From: an uncultured Caulobacterales bacterium
GTDB taxonomy: Bacteria; Pseudomonadota; Alphaproteobacteria; Caulobacterales; Parvularculaceae
Direction: 5' to 3'
Assembly (NCBI GenBank): GCA_964493225.1
Contig: CAZBOC010000001.1
Location: forward strand, 12,107 to 48,614
DNA length: 36,508 bases
The translations under genes were made by a program, and so were the position numbers. Positions within the stretch are counted from its first letter, which is position 1, and every line of letters starts with the position of its first letter. A model generated the notes under the pieces. The model had not been told where the DNA came from. It was given only the letters and a program-made list of their open reading frames with translations, and searched no databases. Positions 26,826 through 35,411 of this stretch are shown here, one piece after another.

Positions 26826-27968
26826 ATGCACGTAGACAGAAGAAAAATGGTCGCGCTGGGGGGCGGTTTTCTCATCGCCGGCTGCGAGTCCATGGGCGGC
26901 GGCGGCGCCGCCGCCTTCGCGCCTGCTCCGCCACTGCGCCCGCTGAAGCTGACGCGGGACAGACTGATGCGCGTGACCGTCTGCACGCGGCCATTTCGCG
27001 CGTCCGGTCCGCGCCTCAATGCTGAAACGGTAGACGGCAAGCATATTATCCATAATTACGGGCATGGCGGGTCGGGCTGGTCTCTCGCCTGGGGATGCGC
27101 AGATGATGCGGCCGCGCTCGCTATCAAGCGCGGCGAGGGCGGAGAGGTTGCGGTCGTCGGCGCCGGTGTCATGGGCCTCACGACGGCGCTTCGCCTGGCG
27201 GAATCCGGGCTCCGGGCGACCATTTATGCGAAAGAGTTTCCGCTGGAGTCGCGTTCCGCCCGGGCGACCGGCGTCTGGTCGCCGTCGAGCCGGATCGCCC
27301 TGGCGGGCGAGATCGAAGCCGGCTTCGAGGCGAAGTGGGAGCGCTGGGCCCGGGCCTCCTACGCCGCCCACCAACGCCGAATCGGCGCGCTCGGCGATCC
27401 TGTCGAATTTCTGCCCCATCACGTTCTCGCCGATGAAGACGGGCCGCAGCCTGTCCCGCCGCGGCGCAAATTCCTGCATCTGGACCGGCGCCTGCGCGGC
27501 CTGACGCCGCCCTGGCGGGACGCGCCGGCCGGCGATCATCCGTTTCCCGTCGACCGCGTGCGCCGCGGGCTGACCATGGTGTTCAACGTCGGGCGCTATG
27601 CCGAAGCGCTGACGCAGGAATTTCTCTCGCGCGGCGGTCGCATGGTGCGCAAGGCGTTCCCCGAGCGTTCCGCGATTCTCGGCTTTGGCGAGCAGGTCAT
27701 CGTCAACTGCACGGGTTATGGGGCCAGGGCGCTCTTCGGAGACGACAGCCTCGCGCCCGTCCGGGGGCAGATCAACTGGTTCGCGCCGCAGTCCGAGGCG
27801 CGCTACGGCGTATTCCACCGTCAGGCGCTCGCCATTTCACGCCGCGACGGCGTCGTCGTGCAGTATCTCGGCGATAACGATGATTTCGGCTTCGGGGATG
27901 AAACGGAAACGCCTGATCCCGCCGAGACCGACAAGGCTTTAAAGCGCCTCGCGCCGCTCTTCGCCTGA
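26826..27968 (+). CDS. FAD-dependent oxidoreductase, D-amino-acid-oxidase family, with a Tat/lipoprotein-like leader
   Basis: ATG at 26826 inside ORF 26202..27968. Leader DRRKMVALGGGFLIAGC. IIHNYGHGGSGWSLAWGCA lies near the N-terminus, followed by the dinucleotide fold VAVVGAGVMGLTTALRLAESG, then VIVNCTGYGA and VRGQI. Confidence 0.75.
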   Translation: MHVDRRKMVALGGGFLIAGCESMGGGGAAAFAPAPPLRPLKLTRDRLMRVTVCTRPFRASGPRLNAETVDGKHIIHNYGHGGSGWSLAWGCADDAAALAIKRGEGGEVAVVGAGVMGLTTALRLAESGLRATIYAKEFPLESRSARATGVWSPSSRIALAGEIEAGFEAKWERWARASYAAHQRRIGALGDPVEFLPHHVLADEDGPQPVPPRRKFLHLDRRLRGLTPPWRDAPAGDHPFPVDRVRRGLTMVFNVGRYAEALTQEFLSRGGRMVRKAFPERSAILGFGEQVIVNCTGYGARALFGDDSLAPVRGQINWFAPQSEARYGVFHRQALAISRRDGVVVQYLGDNDDFGFGDETETPDPAETDKALKRLAPLFA

Positions 27969-28026
27969 TGGCGATTGCAAATTGCAAGGCGGGCGCGCCC
28001 TGGGCGTCGCGTTCCTGATTTGCCAT

Positions 28027-28048
28027 CATATAAGGAATTCTTTATATG
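28027..28048. promoter_or_regulatory. 22-bp AT-rich near-perfect palindrome upstream of the homocysteine methyltransferase gene (candidate operator)
   Basis: CATATAAGGAATTCTTTATATG: 10 of 11 positions are symmetric around GAATTC. It ends 25 nt upstream of the ATG at 28074, just before the SD aaaggag. Confidence 0.4.
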
Positions 28049-28073
28049 AATCGGCGAAAAGGAGTGGTTAGCC

Positions 28074-29147
28074 ATGACCGACCCAAATCCGCACCGGCGA
28101 GAGCGCCTCGAGGCGCTGGCTTCGGCGCTTGAAGAACGCATCCTGATCCTCGACGGCGCGGCGGGGACTTTCATCCAGGGTTTCGACCTTGACGAGGCCG
28201 GCTACCGCGGCGAACGGTTCGCCGAATGGCCCGTCGACGTGAAGGGCAACAATGACCTGCTGATCCTTTCGCGGCCAGAACTCGTCCGCGAGATGCACGA
28301 CGCCTACCTCGCCGCCGGCGCCGACATCATCGAAACGAACACTTTTTCCTCCACGACCATAGCCCAGGCCGATTACGCGATGGAGGATCTCGCCTTCGAG
28401 TTGAATCGCGAGGGCGCGCGGATTGCGCGCGAGGCCGCTGACGCCGCCGCCGCGCCTGGACGACCGTGCTATGTCGCCGGCGCCATCGGCCCGACGAACC
28501 GAACCGCGTCGATCTCGCCCGACGTCAACGATCCGGCCAAGCGCAATGTGGATTTTCCCGAATTATCGCAGGCCTACGCCGATGCGGCCCGCGGGCTCAT
28601 CGAGGGCGGCGCCGATATGCTCCTTATAGAGACGATCTTCGACACGTTGAACGCCAAGGCTGCAATCTACGGCGTGCAGGATCTGTTCGACGCGCTCGAC
28701 TTTTCCGTGCCCGTTATGCTTTCGGTGACGATTACGGACCAGTCCGGCCGCACTTTGTCCGGCCAGACGCCCGAGGCTTTCTGGAACGCGGTCGCCCATT
28801 CAACGCCACTTTCGGTCGGCGTGAACTGCGCCCTGGGTCCCGACCTGATGCGCCCCTATGTCGAGGAGCTCTCGCGTGTCGCGGGCTGTTACATCTCCAC
28901 ACACCCCAATGCGGGGCTGCCCAACGCCTTCGGCGAATACGACGAGACGCCGGAGAGCATGACGTCGCATTTGCGCGAATGGGCGCAAAGCCGTCTTGTG
29001 AACATCGTCGGCGGCTGTTGCGGCACGACGCCCGACCATATCCGGGCCTTCGCAGGGGCGATTGAGGGACTGGCGCCGCGGCGGCGACCGGCGATCGACG
29101 GCGCGCTCAGGCTGTCAGGGCTTGAGGCGTTCGCCTATGGGGGCTGA
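28074..29147 (+). CDS. Homocysteine S-methyltransferase domain protein (MetH N-terminal Hcy-binding module only)
   Basis: 357 aa. [55 protein letters not shown] and [15 protein letters not shown] follow cobalamin-dependent methionine synthase residues ~1-355. The stop comes right after ...[13 protein letters not shown], at the Hcy/pterin domain boundary. Confidence 0.85.
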   Translation: MTDPNPHRRERLEALASALEERILILDGAAGTFIQGFDLDEAGYRGERFAEWPVDVKGNNDLLILSRPELVREMHDAYLAAGADIIETNTFSSTTIAQADYAMEDLAFELNREGARIAREAADAAAAPGRPCYVAGAIGPTNRTASISPDVNDPAKRNVDFPELSQAYADAARGLIEGGADMLLIETIFDTLNAKAAIYGVQDLFDALDFSVPVMLSVTITDQSGRTLSGQTPEAFWNAVAHSTPLSVGVNCALGPDLMRPYVEELSRVAGCYISTHPNAGLPNAFGEYDETPESMTSHLREWAQSRLVNIVGGCCGTTPDHIRAFAGAIEGLAPRRRPAIDGALRLSGLEAFAYGG

Positions 29148-29212
29148 ATGACGCGCCGGCGTCGCGTCGGCGATCGGTCTCCAGCCTCGCCGCCCCTCCG
29201 TATGGATACGAG

Positions 29213-30301
29213 ATGATTCGCCTGCGTCCTTATTTCAACAAGGCCGCCACTTATGTGGCCGGGCGCGCGACCATGGACGCTCTCGCCGCTTCGGTTGAAA
29301 ATCTCGAGGCCGCCGAAGAGGAATGGTGTCCGCCAGCCGTCTTTCTTGACGGCGAACTCGACAAGGTCGTGGCGGCCCAGGGCGAGACCTCTCTCAAAGC
29401 GGAATTCGCGCGCGTGAACGGTCGTTGGGCGACCCACAAGCCGCTCAGGCGTTACGAACTCCATGACGTACTCGTCTATCCGAGCGGGTTCAGTCTGCGC
29501 GGCGGGACCTTCGTGCGATACGGCCCATTGCCCCACAAAGCGCTCCTTGCAGGGCCGGTTCATCGCCTCGGCGAGGCTGTTTTCTGCGCCGACCAGCCGA
29601 CCATGCGCTATTTCGGGCACTGGCTGATGGAGGCGTGCTGCACCGCGCTCCTACGGCGCGGCGAAGAAGCGCTCATTCTGCCGACTCCGGAGAACTGGTC
29701 GCACTGCCGCGACTATGTGCGCATCTTTGACTTCGATCCCGCTCCGGGGGAGATCTTCCACGTGGACAAATTGTCCTGGTACGTTGATTACATGCAGGGA
29801 CGCTCGCACCGCGCGCGCTACGCAGAGCTTCGCAGGCGCGTCACGGCCCGGTTCGCCGGCGCGGACGGCGCGGGGCGGCGCTTCTTTCTGCGCCGGAGCG
29901 CGGGCGGCGCGCGTCGCGATCTCGCAAACGAGGAGCACGTCTTGACCCGGCTTCGCTCGGCGGGTTTTGAGGTCCTCGATCTGGAGCACGAAGCGCTGGA
30001 CGCGGTCATGGAAAGAGCCGTCGGCGCTGACATGATCGTCACGATGGAGGGCAGCAACCAGGCGCATGCGACGATGCTGCTGAGAGACGGCGGCGTACTA
30101 TTGGCGATCCAGCCGGCCGACCGGTTCAACAATGTCTACCGCGAGCGCACGCACGCAATGGGGCTGGAATACGGGTTCGTCGTCGCCCCGCGCGATCCCG
30201 AAACAGGCGACTATTATCTGGACACGGATGTGCTATTGCGAACAATCGACATTGCCGGAACCCGGTTGCGGGCCGAGCATGCGGACGGGCCGCGCGACTG
30301 A
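29213..30301 (+). CDS. Glycosyltransferase family 61 / DUF563-like protein (tentative)
   Basis: 362 aa. The FGHWLMEA motif and the later MIVTMEGSNQAHATML block resemble the YGHF(L)... and ...HGAGLTN... blocks of GT61/DUF563 proteins. Judged by eye only. Confidence 0.5.
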   Translation: MIRLRPYFNKAATYVAGRATMDALAASVENLEAAEEEWCPPAVFLDGELDKVVAAQGETSLKAEFARVNGRWATHKPLRRYELHDVLVYPSGFSLRGGTFVRYGPLPHKALLAGPVHRLGEAVFCADQPTMRYFGHWLMEACCTALLRRGEEALILPTPENWSHCRDYVRIFDFDPAPGEIFHVDKLSWYVDYMQGRSHRARYAELRRRVTARFAGADGAGRRFFLRRSAGGARRDLANEEHVLTRLRSAGFEVLDLEHEALDAVMERAVGADMIVTMEGSNQAHATMLLRDGGVLLAIQPADRFNNVYRERTHAMGLEYGFVVAPRDPETGDYYLDTDVLLRTIDIAGTRLRAEHADGPRD

Positions 30302-30382
30302 ACGCGATCGCGCATAGCGCCGCGCGCGCGCATCCTATATGCTTAAGGGCTTCGGGGTTTCGGTCGCTGCAGGAAAACGGAT

Positions 30383-31534
30383 ATGGACATCGCACAGCAA
30401 AAGCGCTGGCTTGAACGCCTTGTCGCCCACGATACAACGTCCTCGCGCTCCAATCTCGCATTGATCGAGGAAGTCGAGGCGCATCTCGTGGCCCATGGCG
30501 CGGCGACGGCGCGCGTCTATAACGCGGACCGGACCAAGGCGAACCTTTACGCCATCGTCGGCCCGATGGAGAGGGGCGGCGTCGTTCTTTCCGGTCACAC
30601 AGACGTCGTCCCGGTCGAGGGCCAGGACTGGAACACTGACCCGTGGACGCTCAGCGAGCGGGGCGGGCGGCTTTACGGGCGCGGCGCCTGCGACATGAAG
30701 GCCTTTTCGGCTGTCGGGCTCTCCCTGGTTGCCGAAATGGCGGGCGCCGACCTGAAGCGCCCGGTCATTTTCGCGTTATCCTACGACGAAGAGGTGGGCT
30801 GCCTCGGGGCCCCCTCAATGATTCGTGAGCTGAAGGAAAATGTCCCTGCGCCGTCGGCGGTGATCGTCGGCGAGCCGACCATGATGCGGGTCATAGACGG
30901 CCATAAGGGCATTGCGTCCTGCCGGGTGACCGTGACCGGATATACGACCCATTCCAGTCAGACTGATCGCGGCGTCTCGGCCGTCGAGGCGGCGGCGAAA
31001 CTGATCGTGAAGGTTGCGTCAATGCGCGAGCAACGCGCCGCCGCGGCGGCGGGCGGGCCGTTCTCGCCGCCCCATTCGACCATGACGGTCAACGTCGCCC
31101 ATGGCGGCACGCAACTTAACATCATGGCTGGCGCGTGCAGCTTTGACTTCGATGTTCGCGTCGTGCCCGGAGAGACGGCGGCCGCGATCTTCGACGAGTT
31201 TCGCGATTACGCGCGGGGGGTCGAGGCGGAAATGCGCGCGCGCGCGCCCGGTTGCCGCGTCGAGGTCGCTGAGATGACGAATGCGCCCTGCCTCGCGCCG
31301 CAACAGGATAATCCCGCCGCAGACCTCGCCAAGGCGCTGACCGGACATAACTCGACCGACGTCGTCGCCTACGCGGCCGAAGCCGGCCAGTTCCAGGAAG
31401 CCGGCTTCGACACTGTCGTCTGCGGCCCCGGATCGATCGATCAGGCCCACCAGGCGGATGAGTATGTCAGCATCGACCAGCTGGGCGAATGCACGAAATT
31501 CCTGCGCAGACTGATCGTGCGCCTCACCGCCTGA
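30383..31534 (+). CDS. argE: Acetylornithine deacetylase (M20 peptidase family)
   Basis: LSGHTDVVPVEGQDWNTDPWTL, LYGRGACDMKAF, YDEEVGCLGA and the C-terminal VVCGPGSIDQAHQADEYVSI closely parallel E. coli ArgE. Confidence 0.9.
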   Translation: MDIAQQKRWLERLVAHDTTSSRSNLALIEEVEAHLVAHGAATARVYNADRTKANLYAIVGPMERGGVVLSGHTDVVPVEGQDWNTDPWTLSERGGRLYGRGACDMKAFSAVGLSLVAEMAGADLKRPVIFALSYDEEVGCLGAPSMIRELKENVPAPSAVIVGEPTMMRVIDGHKGIASCRVTVTGYTTHSSQTDRGVSAVEAAAKLIVKVASMREQRAAAAAGGPFSPPHSTMTVNVAHGGTQLNIMAGACSFDFDVRVVPGETAAAIFDEFRDYARGVEAEMRARAPGCRVEVAEMTNAPCLAPQQDNPAADLAKALTGHNSTDVVAYAAEAGQFQEAGFDTVVCGPGSIDQAHQADEYVSIDQLGECTKFLRRLIVRLTA

Positions 31535-31544
31535 GCTTGCTGAA

Positions 31545-31571
31545 AGCGCCGAACGGCGCTCTTTCTGTTTC
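31545..31571 (+). terminator. Rho-independent terminator of argE
   Basis: agcgcc-gaac-ggcgct (6-bp stem, 4-nt loop), 11 nt after the stop and followed by ctttctgtttc. Confidence 0.65.
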
Positions 31572-31700
31572 AGCCCCGACGGAGAGGGCCGGGTTTCCGT
31601 AAAGAATCTCTTCAGCATAATTACGAAAAATTTTCAGCGTAAATAATTCAGCCGGGCTTCAATATTTTACCGGGTCTTTACGACGTCCTGACACGGTCTT

Positions 31701-33095
31701 GTGCGAAACGAGGCGTTGTCGACGGGGCTTTGGGTGAAGAAGGTCAACCGGTGCAGGGTGTGCGGATCGTCGGCGCTGACGCCTGCGCTTTCGCTGGAGA
31801 ACGCGGCGACGACCCTGCGGGTCGGAAGGCGGTCGTCCAGCGCGGACTTCGTCCTGTGCGACGCCTCCCGGGACGCTTTCGCCTGCGGGCTCTTGCAGCG
31901 TTCGGCGCATGAGCGCCGGGCCGGGCCGGAGCGCGCGCCGTCGGGAGCCTATCGCACCGTGCGCGCGCATCTGCGGTGCGCTGCGACTGAAGCGCTCGAA
32001 ATCATCTCCGGGCGCGATTGCGCCGCCCTCGATATCGGCTGCAATGACGGCACGCTTTTGTCCTATTACCCGCGTTGGGTCGAACGCGTCGGCGTGGATG
32101 CGAACATCAAGGCGACGCCTGTCGGGTCCTGGGCGACGACAATTGAGGGCGCCTTTCCCGACACGGACGTCATGCGTGCGCTCGGCGAGCGGAAGTTCGA
32201 CGTCGTCACCGCGATTTCCGTCCTTGAACGGATGGCTGATCCAACGGGGTTCGTGTCCGCCCTGAAGTCGATCCTCGCCGATGACGGCGTCGCCGTGATC
32301 GAGACGTTGTATGCGCCGATGGCCCTGGCGGGAACGCAAGTCGAAGGGCTCGCGGCTGGCGGCGAGGCGGTTTATTCGCTCAGCGTGCTGGAACGCCTCG
32401 CGCGCGACGGGGGGCTCAAGATTTTTCGCGGGGCGCTGACGGACAAGGAGGGCGGCTCCATTCGTCTCTTCCTAACCCACACGGATAATCACGATTACGA
32501 CTTCGACCCGTGGTTTGATCGCCTTGCGCGCCTGTGGGACGAGGAGAACGCGCTGGCCCTGCGCGCGCTGCAACCCTATCAGGCCTTCGAGGAGCGGGCC
32601 CGCGCGGGGCGCGCGGCGTTCGCGCAGCTGTTGGACGACCTCGCCGCGCGCGGCCGGAAGGCCTATCTCCTTTCGACCGGACCCGCGGCTGTCGCCCTTT
32701 ATCGCTGGGCGGGCGCGGCGGCGGGCGTCATCGAGGCGGCCATATGCGAGGGCGCGACCGCACCGCGGGCGCGGCTCTGCGAAAACGGGCCCGCGATCAT
32801 TTGCGAGGGCGCGGCCCGCGCGTTGGAGCCGGACTATCTGATCGCGCCGGCGCCCTTGAAACGCGAAATGCTCGAACGCTGGCGCGAGCCCCTGATGCTC
32901 GGTGCGGCGATGATCATCGCCGGCCCGGAGCCTCAACTGGTTGACGCTTCGAACTATTCGGCCGTCTACGGAAAAGCCCTCGCGGGCGGAGACCATGCCG
33001 GCGGCGTTGAAACGCTTCGCGCAATTCTCACGGCAGCCGGGGGGCCGCGGCTCATCGCCGAGACGTCGCCCGGACGCGCCGCCGCGATCGGTTGA
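31701..33095 (+). CDS. Class I SAM-dependent methyltransferase with an N-terminal Cys4 zinc ribbon (sugar C-methyltransferase-like architecture)
   Basis: No in-frame ATG near the 5' end (GTG at 31701 or 31734). CRVCGSS...LCDASRDAFACGLLQ (four Cys), the SAM motif I ALDIGCNDGTLL, and FDVVTAISVLERMADP, followed by a ~200-aa C-terminal domain as in NDP-hexose C-methyltransferases. Confidence 0.7.
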   Translation: MRNEALSTGLWVKKVNRCRVCGSSALTPALSLENAATTLRVGRRSSSADFVLCDASRDAFACGLLQRSAHERRAGPERAPSGAYRTVRAHLRCAATEALEIISGRDCAALDIGCNDGTLLSYYPRWVERVGVDANIKATPVGSWATTIEGAFPDTDVMRALGERKFDVVTAISVLERMADPTGFVSALKSILADDGVAVIETLYAPMALAGTQVEGLAAGGEAVYSLSVLERLARDGGLKIFRGALTDKEGGSIRLFLTHTDNHDYDFDPWFDRLARLWDEENALALRALQPYQAFEERARAGRAAFAQLLDDLAARGRKAYLLSTGPAAVALYRWAGAAAGVIEAAICEGATAPRARLCENGPAIICEGAARALEPDYLIAPAPLKREMLERWREPLMLGAAMIIAGPEPQLVDASNYSAVYGKALAGGDHAGGVETLRAILTAAGGPRLIAETSPGRAAAIG

Positions 33096-33101
33096 AGCAA
33101 C

Positions 33102-33881
33102 TCAGGTCGAAATGAAGCGCCGTCGGCGTCCTTCAAGCATGACGGCCGACAGCCGGCCTGACCAGCAGGCCCCCGTGTCGACATTGATCCGCCAGCCAAG
33201 ATCCTGCGGCTTTTTCACCGGATGGTGTCCGTGGACGACCGTTTTCTCCGGCCGATGCTCGGCGGGGGAGTCGTGGAACTCGCCGCGGATCCACAGAAGG
33301 TCCCGCGCTGACTGGTCCTCGAGCGCGACGCCGGGCCTGACGCCCGCATGGACGAAGAGATAATCGTCCAGCGTGCAGTAGAGTTCGAGGCTTTCCAGAA
33401 AGTCGCGGTGGGCGTGTGGCATTCTCTCAGCGAGCTCCGCGGCGAGATCGTTCTCCTCGCGGCTCCAGATGCGCTCCACGCCGTAGCTTCGCAGCGTCTC
33501 CGCGCCGCCCCAGTGCAGCCATTCGCCGTGGCGGGTCGGCTCCGCCAGAAAATCGAGCAGGGCCGCTTCATGGTTGCCCATCAGAAACGTCGCGCCAGTC
33601 CGGCTGGCGCGCAGATTGACGAGCGTGTTGAGAACGGCCCGGCTGTCTGGACCGCGGTCGATGTAATCCCCGAGAAATACAAGCGTCGGCTCGTCCGTGT
33701 TGTCGGACGACGTCGCGGTTTCCGCGTCGATCATGTCGATGATCGCCCGGAGTTCGTTGAGACAACCGTGAATGTCGCCGATGGCGTAAATGCGCCGGCT
33801 GGACGCGCCCCGAGGCGCGGCCGCATCTTTTTTGGCGAAAAGTCTGCCGAGCATCGCTTCATTCATTTGTCGCAAACGCAT
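33102..33881 (-). CDS. Metallophosphoesterase (PPP-family Ser/Thr phosphatase-like)
   Basis: IYAIGDIHGC, LVFLGDYIDRGPDS, FLMGNHE and VHGHH are the canonical PPP/ApaH-type motifs. The start is among three nearby Met codons. Confidence 0.85.
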   Translation of the reverse strand: MRLRQMNEAMLGRLFAKKDAAAPRGASSRRIYAIGDIHGCLNELRAIIDMIDAETATSSDNTDEPTLVFLGDYIDRGPDSRAVLNTLVNLRASRTGATFLMGNHEAALLDFLAEPTRHGEWLHWGGAETLRSYGVERIWSREENDLAAELAERMPHAHRDFLESLELYCTLDDYLFVHAGVRPGVALEDQSARDLLWIRGEFHDSPAEHRPEKTVVHGHHPVKKPQDLGWRINVDTGACWSGRLSAVMLEGRRRRFIST

Positions 33882-34002
33882 TATACTACCTCGGATCGGT
33901 CGCCGTTTAGCAGTATCTTAGCGCGAGAGTCCCAGCGTCGGCGTCATATGGGAAGACCGGCGACGGGACAATGACCGGATCGCCGCCGCTCGGGAGGGCA
34001 GC

Positions 34003-34998
34003 ATGACCGTTTTGGTGACAGGCGGAGCCGGTTACGTGGGCGCGCACATGTTGCTTGCGCTCGCAGACGCGGGCGAGGACGCCGTCGCGCTCGACAATCT
34101 GTCGCGCGGCGCGAGGTGGCTGGCGCCCGCATCGGCGCCGCTCGTGGTCGCGGATGTGGGCGACAAGGCCGCGCTCGCGGAAGTCTTCGCCGCCCACGAC
34201 ATCAAGGAGGTGATTCATTTCGCCGGATCGCTCCTGATCGGTCAGTCCATCAAGGACCCCCTGAGCTATTACCGCAACAATACGGCGAACACCTTAACCC
34301 TCCTTGAGGCCTGCATCGAAAGCAACGTCTGGAACTTCATCTTCTCCTCGACGGCTTCGGTCTACGGCCGTCCGGAGACGATCCCCGTTTCCGAATCCGC
34401 GCCGGTGAATTCGATCACGCCCTATGGCGCCTCCATGGCGATGAGCGAGAAGATCCTCGCCGACGCCGCCGCCGCCTACAATCTGAACTACGTGACTTTG
34501 CGGTATTTCAATGTCGCCGGCGCTGACCCCCTGGGGCGGGCCGGGGAGATCGGCAAACCGACGCACCTCGTGAAAGTCGCCGCCCAGATTGCGGTGGGTG
34601 CGCGCAAAGAAGAGCTGCAGATCTACGGTGATGACTACCCAACGCCTGACGGGACCGCGATCCGGGACTACGTGCATGTAAACGATCTCGCCGAAGCCCA
34701 TTTGCAGGCGCTCGAGCTCTTGCGCGGGGGCGGGGAGTCGATCACGCTAAATTGCGGTTACGGGCGCGGGTATTCCGTGCGCGAAGTGGTCGAGGCCGTC
34801 AGCCGCGTCTCCGGCGAAATGCTGCCGTTCACCGTGGGCCCGCGGCGTCCGGGCGACCCGCCCCAGCTCATCGCCGACAGCGCCGCCATCCGCACGGTCC
34901 TTGATTGGCGCCCCCGTTATGACGATATCGATTTCATCGTGCGCACCGCCATGGACTGGGAGCGCAAGCTCGCTGAGTTAGAGGCCGGGAAGTCCTGA
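34003..34998 (+). CDS. galE: UDP-glucose 4-epimerase
   Basis: MTVLVTGGAGYVGAH, FSSTASVYG, YGASMAMSEK (YxxxK) and RYFNVAGADP. Confidence 0.95.
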   Translation: MTVLVTGGAGYVGAHMLLALADAGEDAVALDNLSRGARWLAPASAPLVVADVGDKAALAEVFAAHDIKEVIHFAGSLLIGQSIKDPLSYYRNNTANTLTLLEACIESNVWNFIFSSTASVYGRPETIPVSESAPVNSITPYGASMAMSEKILADAAAAYNLNYVTLRYFNVAGADPLGRAGEIGKPTHLVKVAAQIAVGARKEELQIYGDDYPTPDGTAIRDYVHVNDLAEAHLQALELLRGGGESITLNCGYGRGYSVREVVEAVSRVSGEMLPFTVGPRRPGDPPQLIADSAAIRTVLDWRPRYDDIDFIVRTAMDWERKLAELEAGKS

Positions 34999-35411
34999 TG
35001 AGTTTCATAATCGCTGCGCGTGTTCTGGCCGCGAGTCTTTTCGCCCTCGTCACCTATCTGACTCTGACCCCGAACCCGGAAACCGCGAAACAGGGCATGG
35101 ATGTGACCCGTTGGCTCGCGGAGATGATATTCGGCGACGCCGACCTCGGCGACAAGGTCGCCCACTTCGCCGCCTATGGCGCGTTAGGCTTTTCCGCGCT
35201 TGTGGCGCAGGTGAAGTTTTTCGGCCGGCGGATATACGCCGCGATCATTCTGGCCCTTTACGGCGCGTTCCTCGAGATCCTCCAGGGGATCGGCGGCGTG
35301 CGGACGGCCGATTTCGTCGACGCCTTCGCCAATGGGCTTGGCGTGATGTGCGCGTGGCCGGCCGCCGTGGTCGTGCAGGAAATTTTTGCGAAGCGGCGCG
35401 AGCTCGCGTGA
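34998..35411 (+). CDS. VanZ-family membrane protein
   Basis: 137 aa with four hydrophobic helices and the DKVAHFAAYGALGF motif. Its ATG overlaps the galE TGA (TGATG). Confidence 0.75.
   Translation: MSFIIAARVLAASLFALVTYLTLTPNPETAKQGMDVTRWLAEMIFGDADLGDKVAHFAAYGALGFSALVAQVKFFGRRIYAAIILALYGAFLEILQGIGGVRTADFVDAFANGLGVMCAWPAAVVVQEIFAKRRELA

Noticed and set aside
29148-29218. Short ORF after the Hcy-methyltransferase stop reading MTRRRRVGDRSP..., considered as a remnant of the MetH pterin-binding domain (compare FVNVGERTN)
   Set aside because: Only a V-G-D/E-R match over 4 residues, which is indistinguishable from chance, and no further MetH-like sequence downstream in any frame.
31659-32339. 226-aa minus-strand ORF
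   Set aside because: It is antisense to the methyltransferase gene, whose SAM-binding motifs lie on the plus strand. The sequence is Arg/Gly/Pro-rich.
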